A DNA stretch of 64,000 bases from Takakia lepidozioides. Its lineage: Eukaryota > Plantae > Bryophyta. A program made the translations under genes and the position numbers. Shown here piece by piece: positions 12,768 through 25,052 of the stretch. The DNA is taken from NCBI GenBank assembly GCA_030704615.1, contig CM060732.1, positions 37,882,001 through 37,946,000 of the forward strand. Direction: 5' to 3'. A model generated the notes under the pieces. It made no database searches, was not told the origin of the DNA, and saw only the letters and a list, made by a program, of their open reading frames with translations. Every line of letters starts with the position of its first letter. The stretch's first letter is position 1.

Positions 12768-14068
12768 CGGATGAATTTCGGCGCCGCAATTCATCGCTTC
12801 CCAAGTCCTCATTCGTCATGAGCAAACCTGTCAGTGGGATATCGGAGCCGGAATTAATTCCGGGATAGTGGAAACGGCTGCACTTGGGCACATTTCATCC
12901 ATATTTCGGCGCCGAAATTCATTACGAATATCTCCGTCCGCGCGTAGATGAGGTGAAATCATCCATATTTCGGCGCCGAAATTCATCCAGAGCGAAGACT
13001 AAATCGGCACCATGCTATGCTTTGCCGCCATCATTGCCCCTGACGGATGTTGTCCATGCCTGTTGGACTTGCCATTTCTGGACATTTAACTATAATTTCG
13101 GCACCGAAATTATACTTTATGTGCGGCAACGTCCCATGTGAAAAAGACCACTTAATGGATACTGTCGGTTTCAAATGAAAAAAACGGCTCAAATGCAATT
13201 AATTTTGACAGAAGGGGTTCAATATGCCGATTTCTCCATTAAATGCAGAATATTCCTATTATCTTCGTCGGAACGGGGTATTTCCAACGATTTACGGAAA
13301 ATTATATCATCCAGAAGCAAAAAGTAAATGTCGGGTTTGGACGAATTTCGGCGCCGAAATTCATCCGTCGCATAGCAAATGTAATATTAGAGTTACTCAT
13401 TGCGGATAGTAAGGATGAATTTCGGCGCCGAAATTCATCCATTTCAAAGAAAAATAAATATTGGAGGGAGGGCATTGGATGAATTTCGGCTCCGAAATCC
13501 GGCGTTCAAACCCTGAAAAGAATTTGGAGGGATGAAGTCGGTTGAATTTCGGCGCCGAAATTCATTGCTCGCGAAGAAAAAGGAAAATTAGAAGGGAGTA
13601 CTTGGATGAGATTCGGCGCCGAAGTTCATCTGTCGCAAAAAAAAAAAAAAAAAAAAAAAAAAACTTCAGATGAATTTCGGCACCGAAATCCATCCGCAGG
13701 GCAGCAGAATTAGGGTCGGAAAAGGAGATGAAGAATGAATTTCGGCGCCGAAATACATCCATTCTGCCGATTCAGGATTACTGTCATTTGGATGTCGGCA
13801 CCGATATCCGGACACGTGGTGAATCACGACTGTAATCAGGAACACATTCATCCGTATTTTGGCATCCAAATTCAACCCTCATGTGCAGAAACAATTTGAT
13901 GAAGAAGATGTTCATCCGAATTTCGGCACCGAAATCCATCCGTTGGGTGCTTGGTCAGTTTCATGAGGTGAACAAATTACTATTTCTGTCGCCGGAATTC
14001 ATCCCCTGGCTTCCAAAGTTGTTACATGACAGAGATGTTCATCTAGATTTTGGTGCCGAAATTCATGG
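12768..14068. repeat. Phased array of ~16 palindromes, consensus GGATGAATTTCGGCGCCGAAATTCATCC, period ~62-66 bp
   Basis: A perfect 28-bp palindrome lies at 13413-13440, with variants at ~13340, 13477, 13541, 13603, 13669, 13735, 13790, 13850, 13912, 13985, 14045 and four more in 12768-13112. Confidence 0.9.
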
Positions 14069-14186
14069 GAAGGCCTGATTTATTGTAGCCCAAGTGGTTG
14101 TACATTACAATTCAGGCACCAAATATCCGATGTGAACTTCCTGTTGTCGTCCGTTTTTGTAACGTACGAGAAGCTCTTCGCCCCGC

Positions 14187-16760
14187 ATGCCGGTGGGTAA
14201 CCCCGCAGCTTGGCCCACCCATTGGTGGGGGAAACTGAAAAGACGGCGGCCACCAACAAAGGCGAACGACACCAGGATGGCCAACGCTCTTGCAATACCC
14301 TGCATAGTGCAAGGTTGCAGAGGTGTTCCTCACCCCGGGATGGGGCGTATATTTCAGTTGTCAACAGCCGGGTCTGATGCGCGCAGTGTCGTGTATACAA
14401 TCACGGTTTCACAGTACCCAGCTTGCAACTGTGAGGACTTCTGTAGTGTGAAAAGAAGGGGGCATAAATCCCCCTTCTAGTTAACTCCTAAATTGTTCCT
14501 TACCCAAATACACACTTACTCACACCACACTTAATCACTCCTACTCTATTCATGATCAGAGATTGGGTACCCTCATCCACGCCGCAGCGGAAGAGAAGAC
14601 ATGGACAGGGGTTGAGAAGTTTCTCAAACTTATAACTTGGCTCATTTGTAAACAGGGTATTGCATATGCCAGGGTTCTGTTTCCTAAATGTTTCAAGACA
14701 TACATTATCACAAAATCAGGTTAGCCAGCACCCATGAAGGGCAATCCCTTCATAATACTGGCAGGCTAGTTCCATGAAATACACATCAAGTTTTATGGTC
14801 ACTGGTTCAACTACAACGGGCTCCGGGTTTTTCACACACACATAGCCTCACTTTGATGATCCACCATTCCTCTTTCAAGATCTCTTTTCCCCATCCCTTT
14901 GCATCAAGGACATATGACACTTTCAACCCTCTCAATCCCTTCTTGCAGATACAAAATGGGCTACCAATAATCACCCTCAAGTGATCTTCTCTGTTGCAGC
15001 CCTCAGCCCCTGCATGCTTCTAAGTAATCATGCAATCAGCAGCCAACAGGTTTACTTCTACCTGATTCATTCTCTCTGAAAAATGCTACTTCCTAACCTA
15101 ATTATATGCATGTTGCCCTCATTGTAAGTCATGGGCACTTCTTCTTTACTCAACCTCATTCACATCCGCCCAAAATAGGAAGCATCCTTTGTTTAAGAAC
15201 TGACTTCCCAACTTCTTGCAGCACTCCACACAACTTCCACCCTGCCTCACTTTCTCTCTACCACCAGGACTGGTATGAATTCCAGAAGTCTCCATTCCAT
15301 TTGCCAAAATCTTTTTCTATCTCCCTCATTTCCATTGAGAGTATCTCTACCAGAATTCCATAGCAACTATCCCTAAGTAAGAGAAGGTCCTTGTATCTAT
15401 CAACTTAGCTCTCTTATACTCCAGCTGAAGCGGTGGGATCGCCTGCCTGAAATGGCACCTCACCATCTCTGTCAGCAGCTCCCCTAACTCCTTTTGTCGT
15501 TTGAATGCCACGTTGTAAAAACAAAGATCTATGCATGTCAGATCCTGTCATTGCTATGCCACTCCACCTTCAGATATTTCGTCGATTCAAGCGTTCCGTG
15601 AGTCTTGACAGCTCTGTTTCAACCTATGGCAGTAACCTTGTTGCTTGCCAACTAACTACCCTATCCTACCATCTCTGCTAATCTACCCTAAGATCTGATG
15701 TGATAACAAGAAGACAGTCATTATCTGAAAGCTTCATGCTCTACATATTTCACTCTTTGCTTCTTTATTTACAGATAACCTGTATCACTGTCCACAAGCC
15801 AATGCCCTCATTCTGGCGATTGCACCATTTCACAAGTGGTCAAGTCAGTAATCCCATCTCTGCCCTTGATCTGGCAGCAATTGCTTCTCCACAAGTGCAG
15901 CTTTCTATAATTGCACATGAATGCAATGGCGGCGGTATCAGTTTGCACACCCTACCTCTGGCAGATGCCCGTCATGATGGAGCTGCTCCATCATCTTAAC
16001 TAGCCTTTGATCAAGTCTGCAACCCCACCTTCCTATTCCCTGGCAGCAGGTTGTTTCCCTTGCAGGTTCATCCTCCTTGTCATCGTGGTTATGAGAGTAA
16101 CGACGGCACTGCTGCCCCTCCACCGAGCTGCTTTCCCCGCAACTCCTACACCTTCAGCGGTCAAATCACAGGAAGCACCACCTCTATGCCTTCATTACTT
16201 CTGTCAGTAGTACATGATATTACTTCCCTTGCCCTTGATGAATCGTCCTGCAACACTCCCTCTCTTCAAAGCCATGAAACGATTACTGCACTGCCTCCCT
16301 TCTCCTGGCTTGAGCAAAATTACCTAGCTGTTCCCTGCACGATTACCCTCCAGCAAGCCCTAAGCTTCCTCGACCCGCGTTTCTACGGTAATCACCAGCG
16401 ATGAAAGCCATTCATCCTATGGATGAAAAGGCGTATTTCATGACTTAGCCACATTTTGTCCTGGCAGAGCAATAGCATAGTGTGCCCATGGAATTACCTG
16501 TAGGCATGGATAGTTCCCTCCCGTTATTAGTACCAGGGCACTCCCTTTGTAGTAATGCCGGATCCTGATGCCAAGCAAAATTTCCATGTTACTCCCCTGC
16601 ATTCACACTACACTTCCTTGTTATGGAATCGAAGAATTCAGCATACGTCCCCTGCAAACACCTTTATTACTTTTTTCTGAAGCGCATGAGTTGCATATCC
16701 GCAGTGGACGTCTTCATCCATGGTCCAACACTGAGTTTCAACGAGCTGCACAAGGCCCTA
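14187..16760 (+). pseudogene. SWIM zinc-finger ORF of the MULE, split by solo LTR 14442-16612
   Basis: After LTR excision it reads YTITVSQYPACNCEDFLVMESKNSAYVPCKHLYY (CxC-xn-CxH). It is homologous to ORFs at 24640-25050 and 34820-35265. Confidence 0.8.
14442..16612. mobile_element. Solo LTR, TGTAGTGTGAA family, copy 1
   Basis: Termini TGTAGTGTGAA...TTCACACTACA with a 4-bp TSD CTTC. It is homologous to 28269-30535. Confidence 0.9.
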
Positions 16761-17469
16761 CGGCAGGATACTGGTCGGACTGCTTGACATTCCACATTCG
16801 GGAAGGAGAAAGTGGCAATTATATTACATTCATCTTCTTGCACCCTATTTTTTTGTGAGGAATTATACACTTGGTGGTGCCGCATCGCCATGGCTACATG
16901 TGAATTTCGGTGCCGCAATACATGAGAATGTGGTTTTTGGCCATGAATGACATGCGCATGCTTTTTTTATTTGGTTGTCTACAAATGGATCCGAGTAAAG
17001 CATACATTGTGTGGAGATTAACGGGCATTGAGGCCTATTTCAGCGTCGTTTATGGTCTGTATACTGCATAGTGCTTGTTTGTTACTGCTCTTCATTCAAT
17101 TTGTAGTGATTTCGCAGCCCATCCTGGCGTTTTCGTCCACCTTTATGAGAAGACTCCAATTTGCTACAAATGCATTGTTACTGTTCTGCAAATGTGATGC
17201 CTTTACAAGATTGCTAGTTCTGTGTCCCAGTGGGAAGGGTCCTACTGCACATTCCAGCATTTGCATACTACACCTTGTGCAAACAACAATCCATACGACA
17301 AAGGACACGTCCCAGCATACTGGCAGTGAATTGCAAAAAACCTTAACAGAAGATTATCCAAGCATGTATATTCCCCATATGGCATAGGGAAGCTGCTTGA
17401 TTTCTGAATGAAATTGTATGTGCCATGAGTGTCGGCGAGTCGAAACATGTCTACTCTAGCATGCAAGAC

Positions 17470-18021
17470 CTATGGTCCCCTCGCCCAAGAAGAAGGAACT
17501 CTAACTAGCCTCTCAAGGACCTCCTGAGTGACCGGGTGCCTATATTTGAACAAAATATCAGTGGTTTCTGTCGCCCGGTTGAAACTAACGAGGATGTCGT
17601 GTTTATCGATAGCGCCCCCTTGGTAGAAGGACATTTTCATAGTGGGCCCTGTGTTCCCCTCCTCCTCATCCTCATAACTGAAGAGAATGTCCCCACTTTC
17701 CGAGCCAGTCCGTCCACGCGTAAAGTTTTCACCTATGCACTCATCATACGTCCACTTGCAACAATTCCAACGATACAGCAACGCTGTGCGTGATCTGTTC
17801 GGCTCCCACTCATGCGGAAAGTCCAGGTCCATGATGCGTAGGAACCACCTGCTCCCCAGCCGGGGTCCAGGAGAATCGTGCAATCCTGGAAGAAACTCCA
17901 TTGCTCTCAGCTGGACAAGTCGAGGATCGTCCCTGTAAACATCCAGGAAAACAATGATGTCGTGTGCTTTCGGGAAAATGACTCCCGTCTGGCGTCGATA
18001 GATGTGATTCGGGCACGACAT
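17470..18021 (-). CDS. Uncharacterised intronless 183-aa ORF carried by the MULE
   Basis: Uninterrupted ORF from the ATG at 18021 with globular-protein-like composition. No family was recognised. Confidence 0.45.
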   Translation of the reverse strand: MSCPNHIYRRQTGVIFPKAHDIIVFLDVYRDDPRLVQLRAMEFLPGLHDSPGPRLGSRWFLRIMDLDFPHEWEPNRSRTALLYRWNCCKWTYDECIGENFTRGRTGSESGDILFSYEDEEEGNTGPTMKMSFYQGGAIDKHDILVSFNRATETTDILFKYRHPVTQEVLERLVRVPSSWARGP

Positions 18022-18139
18022 GGCCTCACGACATAGCACGAACTCAAAGCAAGGAGGAGATGGGCACAACAGAGAAGAGTGAAGAGCAAAATGAGAGCAA
18101 GGCCTCCCTTACCGTAAGGTGGGTATTTGCTCTCCGGAG

Positions 18140-18612
18140 CCCAATTTCGGCGCCGTTATTGGATGGAGTGCGGAAGCTTCAACCGAGAATTTTGTTTCCG
18201 CAGGTCAATTTCGGCACCGTTATTGGTTGCAATCCCCAGCCTTCAGCCGGGTATTTGGTTTCCGGACCCAATTTCGGCGCCGTTATCGACTGCACTCCGG
18301 TGGCTTCAGCCGAGTATTTGGTTTCCGGGGCCCATTTCGGCGCCGTTATCGCCTGCACTCCGGAGGATGCAGCCGGGTATTTGGTTGGTGGAGCCCAATT
18401 ACTTTCACCGTTGTTGGCTTCACTCCCGAGCCTTCAGCCGGCTATTTCTTTTCCTGCGCCCAATTACGGCGCCGTTATACCCAACCATCTTGCACTTCTG
18501 CAACAGTACTATCCACGGTTATAGGTCGCCATTGCGTTTTCGGAGTCTGCAAACCCGGATCCTAATTCCGCTTGCGTCTCTGCCTCAGGGATAATTTCGG
18601 TGCCGTTATTGC
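18140..18612. repeat. Subterminal ~63-bp tandem array with AATTTCGGCGCCGTTAT core
   Basis: Cores at ~18143, 18207, 18270, 18333, 18397, 18461 and 18592. Related cores also occur at 9920-10200 near the other end of the element. Confidence 0.85.
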
Positions 18613-19599
18613 CCAGAATTCAGTTTTTCTATGACCTGGCCTGGCGGTCCATGAGCCTGGGCTCCAAGTCATGAGCGTACACTGGTACTCATGAGCGGAG
18701 TGCTTCCAGCATGAGCGCGGAAATCTTCGATTTTCAATTATTTTATAGTTTTGGGCCCGAAAAAAATCTGCCGAAATTTGAAGTGTGTTACTTTGCGGCT
18801 CATGGGTGAGCCATGCCCACTCATGAGCTCATGGAATAGCAACCCCCCATACGTAGCTACCATCACATTCTAGACCACTTCACACCTTTCTTCCCAAACT
18901 GTCAAAACTCCGAATATACACCCACACACCACATTGTAACTTTTGGGCTACCCTCTAGCTGCTACCCAGCACTTACTAAAGCCCTATGCAAACTCAAAAC
19001 TTTTACCGCATCACAGCTCCTTTTCTCCCTTGTCGTCATCATCTCCCCTCTCCCAGAGACATGTTATGGATATCTTTACTCACACTCAATCTCCCAAATC
19101 CGATCCCTCCTACGTCAATTAAAAGAGCTACCTCCGTATCACCACCAATATTTGCCCCCCACTGCTTATCCGAGATCCAGAATTCCCTCAAACTTTTATA
19201 CTCTCAAACCGGGGTTGTACATAATATCCTAGGGGACCACCTAGCAACGGTCACCACACCCGACCAAGACCACCAGCTCATTAACAAATTCCCCTTCCTC
19301 TCCACGGATATCCTGGCCATCACACTTAACGCAATTACCCCGATACCCGGCTATGATCCCCCAACTGTTAGATCCCATACCGAGGATCCCTCACCTGCCC
19401 CCCCCCCCCCCCCGCCCAGCCACACTCCCACCACCCCAGAGGCTTGCTCCAAGGCACTTACTATCACTTCATGGAACGTGGGCTCTCTAACAACCGGCAT
19501 ACAAAGTTTGCTCCACCTTTTCTCCAACACTTCACAACCACATATTTTCCTCTTGCAAGAAACCAAGCTGCACACCAACAATACCAGCAGCTCTTAGAA

Positions 19600-20830
19600 A
19601 ATCAGAATGACAACTCCCCCACACCAAAAAACTCCACGGTGTTGCTCCTGCAAAGACACCCCAGCCCAAACCCGGACTGACTCTTGCCTCCACCTACGGA
19701 AAGGTCTTGGCCTAATGAGAGGGTGGAAAAACTACGAGGAAGAGAAGCTAAAGCAATGCCTAACCCCAGCATGCCCTCATCCCAACACTCTTCCTCTCCT
19801 CTCTTCTCTCACTTGCATGACCATGGGAATATCATGAAGATACTCCTCAAATCGCCCTCCACGAGCTTCGACATTTGGCCTTCAAGACCACATGTCAGTC
19901 CTCAGGCAGTCCACCAGTGCCTCCACGAGTTAGCATAGGCCGTCCATATGTCAACACGGGCCACCACAGACCAGCACAGGCCCACACAGATCACTGGTCA
20001 CAGCCGTCACAACCCCATACAAGCCACCGGTCACAGCCTGTCACAGCCCCTCACAGCCCCCAAGGCCACAGGTCACAGCCCGTCACAACCCCAAAGGCCA
20101 CATGGCACAGCCTATCACAGCCCCTCACGGCCCATCACAGCCTGTCACAGTCCATCACAGCCCCACAGGCCACAGGCCACAGTTTGTCACAGCCTGTCAC
20201 AGCCCCATCCATGGCCACTCATGGCAGTTTAGCCATTTCTCCAAGGGGTTTAGCCACGCCAAGCTAGGGTTTGTGTCTCTTGGACTCTAGGCTTCTTTGC
20301 ACCGAGCTATGGCGGTTGTGAGGAAATCAGCAAGGTATTCTTGTTCTTTATGGCTCCCACACACCCCCAATAGTAGCTCTAATTCCAAAGGAAGATGCTT
20401 GCAACCAAAACTAAGTGCACAAGCTTCCTTTTAACTCACAAAACAACGCCGTTGATCCCTATGGCGACTAACCAAACATGGCTGATTTCCAACCCTTGTA
20501 GGCACTCATTCACGCATTTTTCTTGACCATAGCACGCCCCTTCGCACCTAATCCAGCTCCTGCACTTGCTGCTTCAAGAGTTGTGTTCCCTTCAAGCTTG
20601 AAGTTGAAACCCCAACTCACATATGCCCTACAAGTGCTTTTCTTTCACCCCAAGTGAAAACCAGCCCTAGCCCTTCCATTCTAGCTCTCTAAAGCTAGAA
20701 AACAAGAGCCTCAATGGGCTGAAGGCATGCTCCACACATGCCCCACTCTCACCATAAGAGAATCAGCTCCTTTGCTTCCTTTCTTGCACCCACAAACCTG
20801 AAAATACAAGCTTCAGCGGGCTGAAAGCAT
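19600..20830 (-). mobile_element. LTR-retrotransposon leader fragment with a (CACAGCC)n-type tract at 19960-20215
   Basis: 19615-19695 resembles 43210-43290 of the DNMT-bearing Gypsy (CCCCACACCAAAA...CCCAGCCCAAA..CCGGACTGACT). The tract is degenerate CACAGCC repeats. Confidence 0.5.
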
Positions 20831-23785
20831 TGTCAAGTTAAATAAGCACAGTGTGAAAACAACTAGAATAAAGCTAGTTATTTGTATTTAACACTTGGAT
20901 TTAGGTCAAGTGTTAAATCAGGTGTGAAGTTTAGTTTGACACCTGAACCGCCTTATCTTCACGAGAGCGGCAGTCGCGCAGCTCATCTCTCTCGAGTTGA
21001 GCCTGCGCGACCGAGCTCCTGCATCGTTTAGGACTGAGTGTGCTTATGATGGGAGTATAGGTTGTTGTGGGGTGGAGTCCCCATAGCTTGGGGTGCCCCT
21101 GGCTCGACTTCTGTTTTATTGAGTGATAGCGATGGATTTCATGTTGTTTCTGGTGTGAACAGTGTGTCTCTTAGCTTGTTCTATCACTCGAGAGAGATGA
21201 GTTTGCATCTGTGAGTGCAAGATGTGAGCTTAATTAGTTTTTAGCACTTGTGGGTTTTGTGTGAAGATGAGAGAGAAACACGAGGGTGCAATGGCAAGTT
21301 AGGCTTCTGTGTGTTGAAAGCGGTAACACGAAAGTGCATGGGTATTCTCCCTTTATAACGGTCACTGGCTGAGTGGCAGATTGAGAGCCGAGCATGGTGA
21401 AACGATCAGCATTATTGTTGTCTCGCAAGGCTGGGATGCAAGCCTTCATTGTCTTGGTGGTTAGAAGCGGAGGTGCAGCTGGTTACGCGAGTAGGTGGAC
21501 CGTGGTCTTCAACTTCAGCTGCAGAGATAAAAATACCATGCTATAGGTAATTCCTGAGCAGACTGATGGTTTCAGACCTGCACATAGTGAGCAGCCAAGG
21601 TGTTGGACTGGTTGATGGGCTCATGTCTACAAGTCGTCGTGCCAATGTTATATCGGTACTGATGACAAACGATTTGGTGAAGTTGTTCATGGCATATATC
21701 ATGGTGTGCAATCAGTAAAGGCCGAGTTGAGAAGTTGGCTGGCTATCGTTGGTTTTCTTGGTCAGCGAGCAGGGACAGGCTGGCATGAAGGCAAATTGTG
21801 CCGTCGTTGGCTTTCATGTGGAATAGTTACAGCAGAACCGGTGGGAATATTTGTAGTCAAATAAGATCAACAAGCAAGTGAGGCTTGGTGATTATGCTTG
21901 AGGAATTCGATCTTGGACTTGGACGGGTCTGTAATAATTTTTATAAAAAATCGAGCATGGATGAACTGGCCAAGTGGCGATGGTGCTGTCCTCGATTAGC
22001 TGTGGATTGCAATAGGACAAGGAAAGCAAGAATAAGGTGATGAAGGGGTGCAGACAACAACACCTAGTTCGGTTAAGGTCTCCAGGCCTCTTTGCATCCA
22101 TCAACTGTGTGGCTAGAGCCCATAAAGCTTGACTATAGCTGATGTTTTGTTAGAAGATATGGCTCGTAGCCTGCAGAAAACACAAATAACATTGCCATCC
22201 ACCACTGGGACTGCATGCTAGAAAGCCATGGAGGCGATGGCACCTGCTGTGTAGTTGCCAGTGCAGAAGAGGTTGAGGGAGAAGCCATGAAGCAGCGTCA
22301 GCCACGGTAGTTTGATCATCATCCTTCAACAAGTCGCTACATTCAGTTTCAGGCACTGCAGCAACGAAGTTGTTAACGCGGGCCTCTTTTACAACATTCG
22401 GACACTCAAAGAAATGAGTGACTGATACATGCTCATGCCGACAGGCAAGTGAGTTGGCTGAATGGATATCTGTGTCGCCTGAAACGCAAAGTGCAGCTAC
22501 ATCGTCCTTACAAGTGACAACGGCTTGAGCTAGCCCACACACCTCGCACATCCACACACGCCAGCTTGTTTATGCCATGCACCTTGTTATCGCAACCTAC
22601 ACACAAAAATGCTGCATCTGCCCTACAGTACATAGCCATGCTTGACGCATGACAAGACGTGTCTATGGTAGCCAGGCTTCCTGAACGAGGGAGAAGGACG
22701 CCGGTGCACGTTTGAGGACAGACAATCCCTGCACAACAACTCCCGAAGTTGAAGATTTCTCCAAAGAACGAGCAGCAATTGCCATAGTTACCAAAACGGC
22801 TGGTACAGTTGTAACGACCATGCTTGCAAGATCGCATCTCGGATTTAACGAAACAGGTTCGGGATGAGCTGACTCCCTTGTCATTCCTTCCAGGATTCTT
22901 GCTGTGAGTGCGATCTTCACATTCTATAAGGGAGGCCGGACGGAGTGGATCGTAGCCCAAGATATTTTCGTGCTGGGAGCTCAAAAATGTTGTTTATAGT
23001 GCAGAACTTAGAATTCGCAGGGAACCAGGGAACAGGGAACCAAGACGGATTATTGGAAATAGATTTTTCATTTGAATGACATATATTATGTTTAAAGAGC
23101 CTGTTTGGCCATAACTTTGTCATACAAAGGCTGTTTGACCTCAAATTTGCGCGAAGACCTGCAGATTGTGGAAATCTACATACTCAGACCTGGTTTTAGT
23201 TTTTTGGACTCTGCTAAAAATCTATGGAATTTTTTTGAGTGTGAGTGTGTGGATGCTATGAAAGATCCACAACTCTGTTTCAGCTAGAACCTGTTGTGGT
23301 CTACATGAGAGACAAGTTTGTGGATGTCCTCCTTGTATGGCTGGGGGCAATGAGGACGTAATTGAAGGGCATGTCTCTTCTCTTAGCCTGTGCACACACG
23401 GAGACAAGATTTATGTTTCTCAAGGAACTCGGACTGATTTGAGTGGAGAGCAGTTGGACGAGTTGATTGCATACTGGGAGTCAGGCATTAGCAATAGACA
23501 ACAAACTGCTATAGTTGGCGTTGAGGGCCTCAATATTGCTTTGGCCAGTCAGAACTCTGTTGGAGCAAGCAGTTCTGCAGCTGTAGATGACCAAAGTGGG
23601 TGAAAGCTAGGCTTGGAACACAGCCAAAGACAGCCCCAGGGACCAAGGTGTTCAGCCACAAGGCCGTGGTGTACTGGAGCAGAGGAGCAGGAGCTGCACA
23701 AGTTTGTGCAATCAGACATGGTTGCAGCCGGATACGCTCTACACAAGGCAACTACGAGCGGGGGTTCATTAGCAATGACAAGTTA
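20831..23785 (+). mobile_element. 5' end of a second copy of the DNMT-Gypsy family (LTR start, variable cassette, accessory ORF), truncated
   Basis: 20831-21220 (TGTCAAGTTAAATAAGCACAG...) is the reverse complement of ~46555-46944. 23050-23780 matches ~43690-44400, including the MAGGNEDVIEG ORF, which is frameshifted here near 23590. Confidence 0.9.
22270..22670 (-). pseudogene. Captured CONSTANS-like double B-box fragment
   Basis: [32 protein letters not shown] and [44 protein letters not shown]. There is a frameshift between the B-boxes and no CCT domain was seen. Confidence 0.9.
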
Positions 23786-23827
23786 ATTCTTTAGTGTTCC
23801 ATGAGCGGGAGATAGGGGAGTATTGCT

Positions 23828-25052
23828 GAGGTTAGCTATTTCATGAGCATGAGCGGCATGAGCGGCATGAGCAGAGTAGTAAGACAATCGGTTTTCATGA
23901 GCAGAAGTACAAATTTCGAAAATAAAAAACAATAAAAACAATAATTTAATGCAATGTGTCACGAAAAACAAATATATTATTCGGCCTCTTGAAGGGAAAA
24001 TTGTAGTTTTGACAGTTGTGCTCATGATATTTCGTCTTCCGCTCATGCCAATTCCCAGCGACATGTGCAAATATGGCGCCGAATTTCGCGGTAATAGGGT
24101 CCGTAACCTGAAAAAACGGCGACGTATTTTGCGGTAATAGGTCTCTCTGGCGAAAAATGGTGCCGAATCCGCGGCTATAGGTCCCCTCATGACAGGTAAT
24201 TCGGCGCCATTTTTCCAGTGCATGTTCGGACCTTAGCCAGTTTTCGGCGCAAATAGGGAAATTCGCGCCATTTTTCCAGACACTGACCAGTGCATGTTGG
24301 GACTTGGCCAGTTTTCGGCCCAAAAAAGAGAAATTCGGCGCCATTTTTCAGACACGGTACCATTGCATGTTGGAACTTAGCCACGTTTCGGCCCCCAAAA
24401 AAAGAGAGAAATTCGGACGCCATTTTCCCAGACACATGGTACCAGTGCATGTTGGGACTTAGCAGTTTGCGGCCCAAAAGAGAAATTCGGCGCCATTTTT
24501 CCAGAAATGGCCCCACAACTGCTTCTGTTGGATCTCAGTTTGAATGGAATATTGCTCATTCCAGGAGTTTTGGGGTGCATTTCATTACACTGCAAAAAAA
24601 AGTCTGATTGATACAGCAAATGCAATTGAAAATATCCATATGGAGGATTCCCTTTGCCCCATCAATGATCTCTGGAATCCCTAAGGAGGAGTTTGTGCAG
24701 CTCGTTCACGCTCAACGCCGGTGCATGAAAATCAATAGTCACGTTCATCTCAACATCTTCAGGTAAATGTAATGATGTTTGCAAGGATATAATAATTCGA
24801 ACCCTTCTTTGCTTCCATCACCGAGAAGTCCGTACAATGCAAGTCGGCTCCACTCCAATTGTAATTGTGTATACATCGTCGCGTACAGCCGAGCCGGCCG
24901 TTGCCATCCGATACACACGCCCAAGGCCGGGTGGGGTACGTCCACGGAGCTCTGAATAGTGCAAGCCATGGAAAAGCAGGATCCGAGTCTCATTCAACTT
25001 ATGGGAGGGTGTCGTCTCTTCACTCTTCGAATCGCATTGTGGGATGTGCAGA
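23828..25052 (-). mobile_element. End of another MULE-family copy (TIR, GGCGCC array, SWIM ORF), running into the gap
   Basis: GAGGTTAGCTATTTCATGAGC at 23828 matches the TIR at 9755. AAATTCGGCGCCATTTTT repeats occupy 24070-24500, and the minus strand reads YPCKHHYIYLK. Confidence 0.8.

Larger units (their letters stand above)
9755..18847. mobile_element. Non-autonomous Mutator-like (MULE) DNA transposon with cargo genes
   Basis: Perfect 9-bp TSD CATACGTAG (9746-9754 and 18848-18856). Imperfect TIRs GAGGTTTACTATTTCATGAGC and GGGGGTTGCTATTCCATGAGC (reverse complement), CATGAG subterminal repeats at both ends, and a SWIM finger inside. No DDE transposase was recognised. Confidence 0.85.
8690..19600 (+). 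mobile_element. 5' part of an APE-type LINE (2A-like motif followed in frame by endonuclease), split by the 9755-18847 element; LINE sequence is ~8690-9754 plus 18857-19600
   Basis: APE motifs LTITSWNVGSL and IFLLQETKL at 19457-19570. The frame of ORF 9515-9754 continues into the frame of ORF 18986-19597 once the insertion and one TSD copy are removed, with a few TAG/TAA stops. The left boundary is approximate. Confidence 0.7.

Noticed and set aside
12768-14068. True CRISPR array
   Set aside because: No cas genes and a eukaryotic transposon context. The repeats are variable, and three adjacent spacers (13441-13602) resemble each other. Kept as a phased motif array.
18060-18594. Three overlapping ~150-aa ORFs
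   Set aside because: They are translations of the 63-bp tandem array, open in all frames.
22150-22984. Functional CONSTANS-like host gene
   Set aside because: It has a frameshift, a B-box Cys lost (VSGD) and no CCT domain, and lies inside a retroelement leader.
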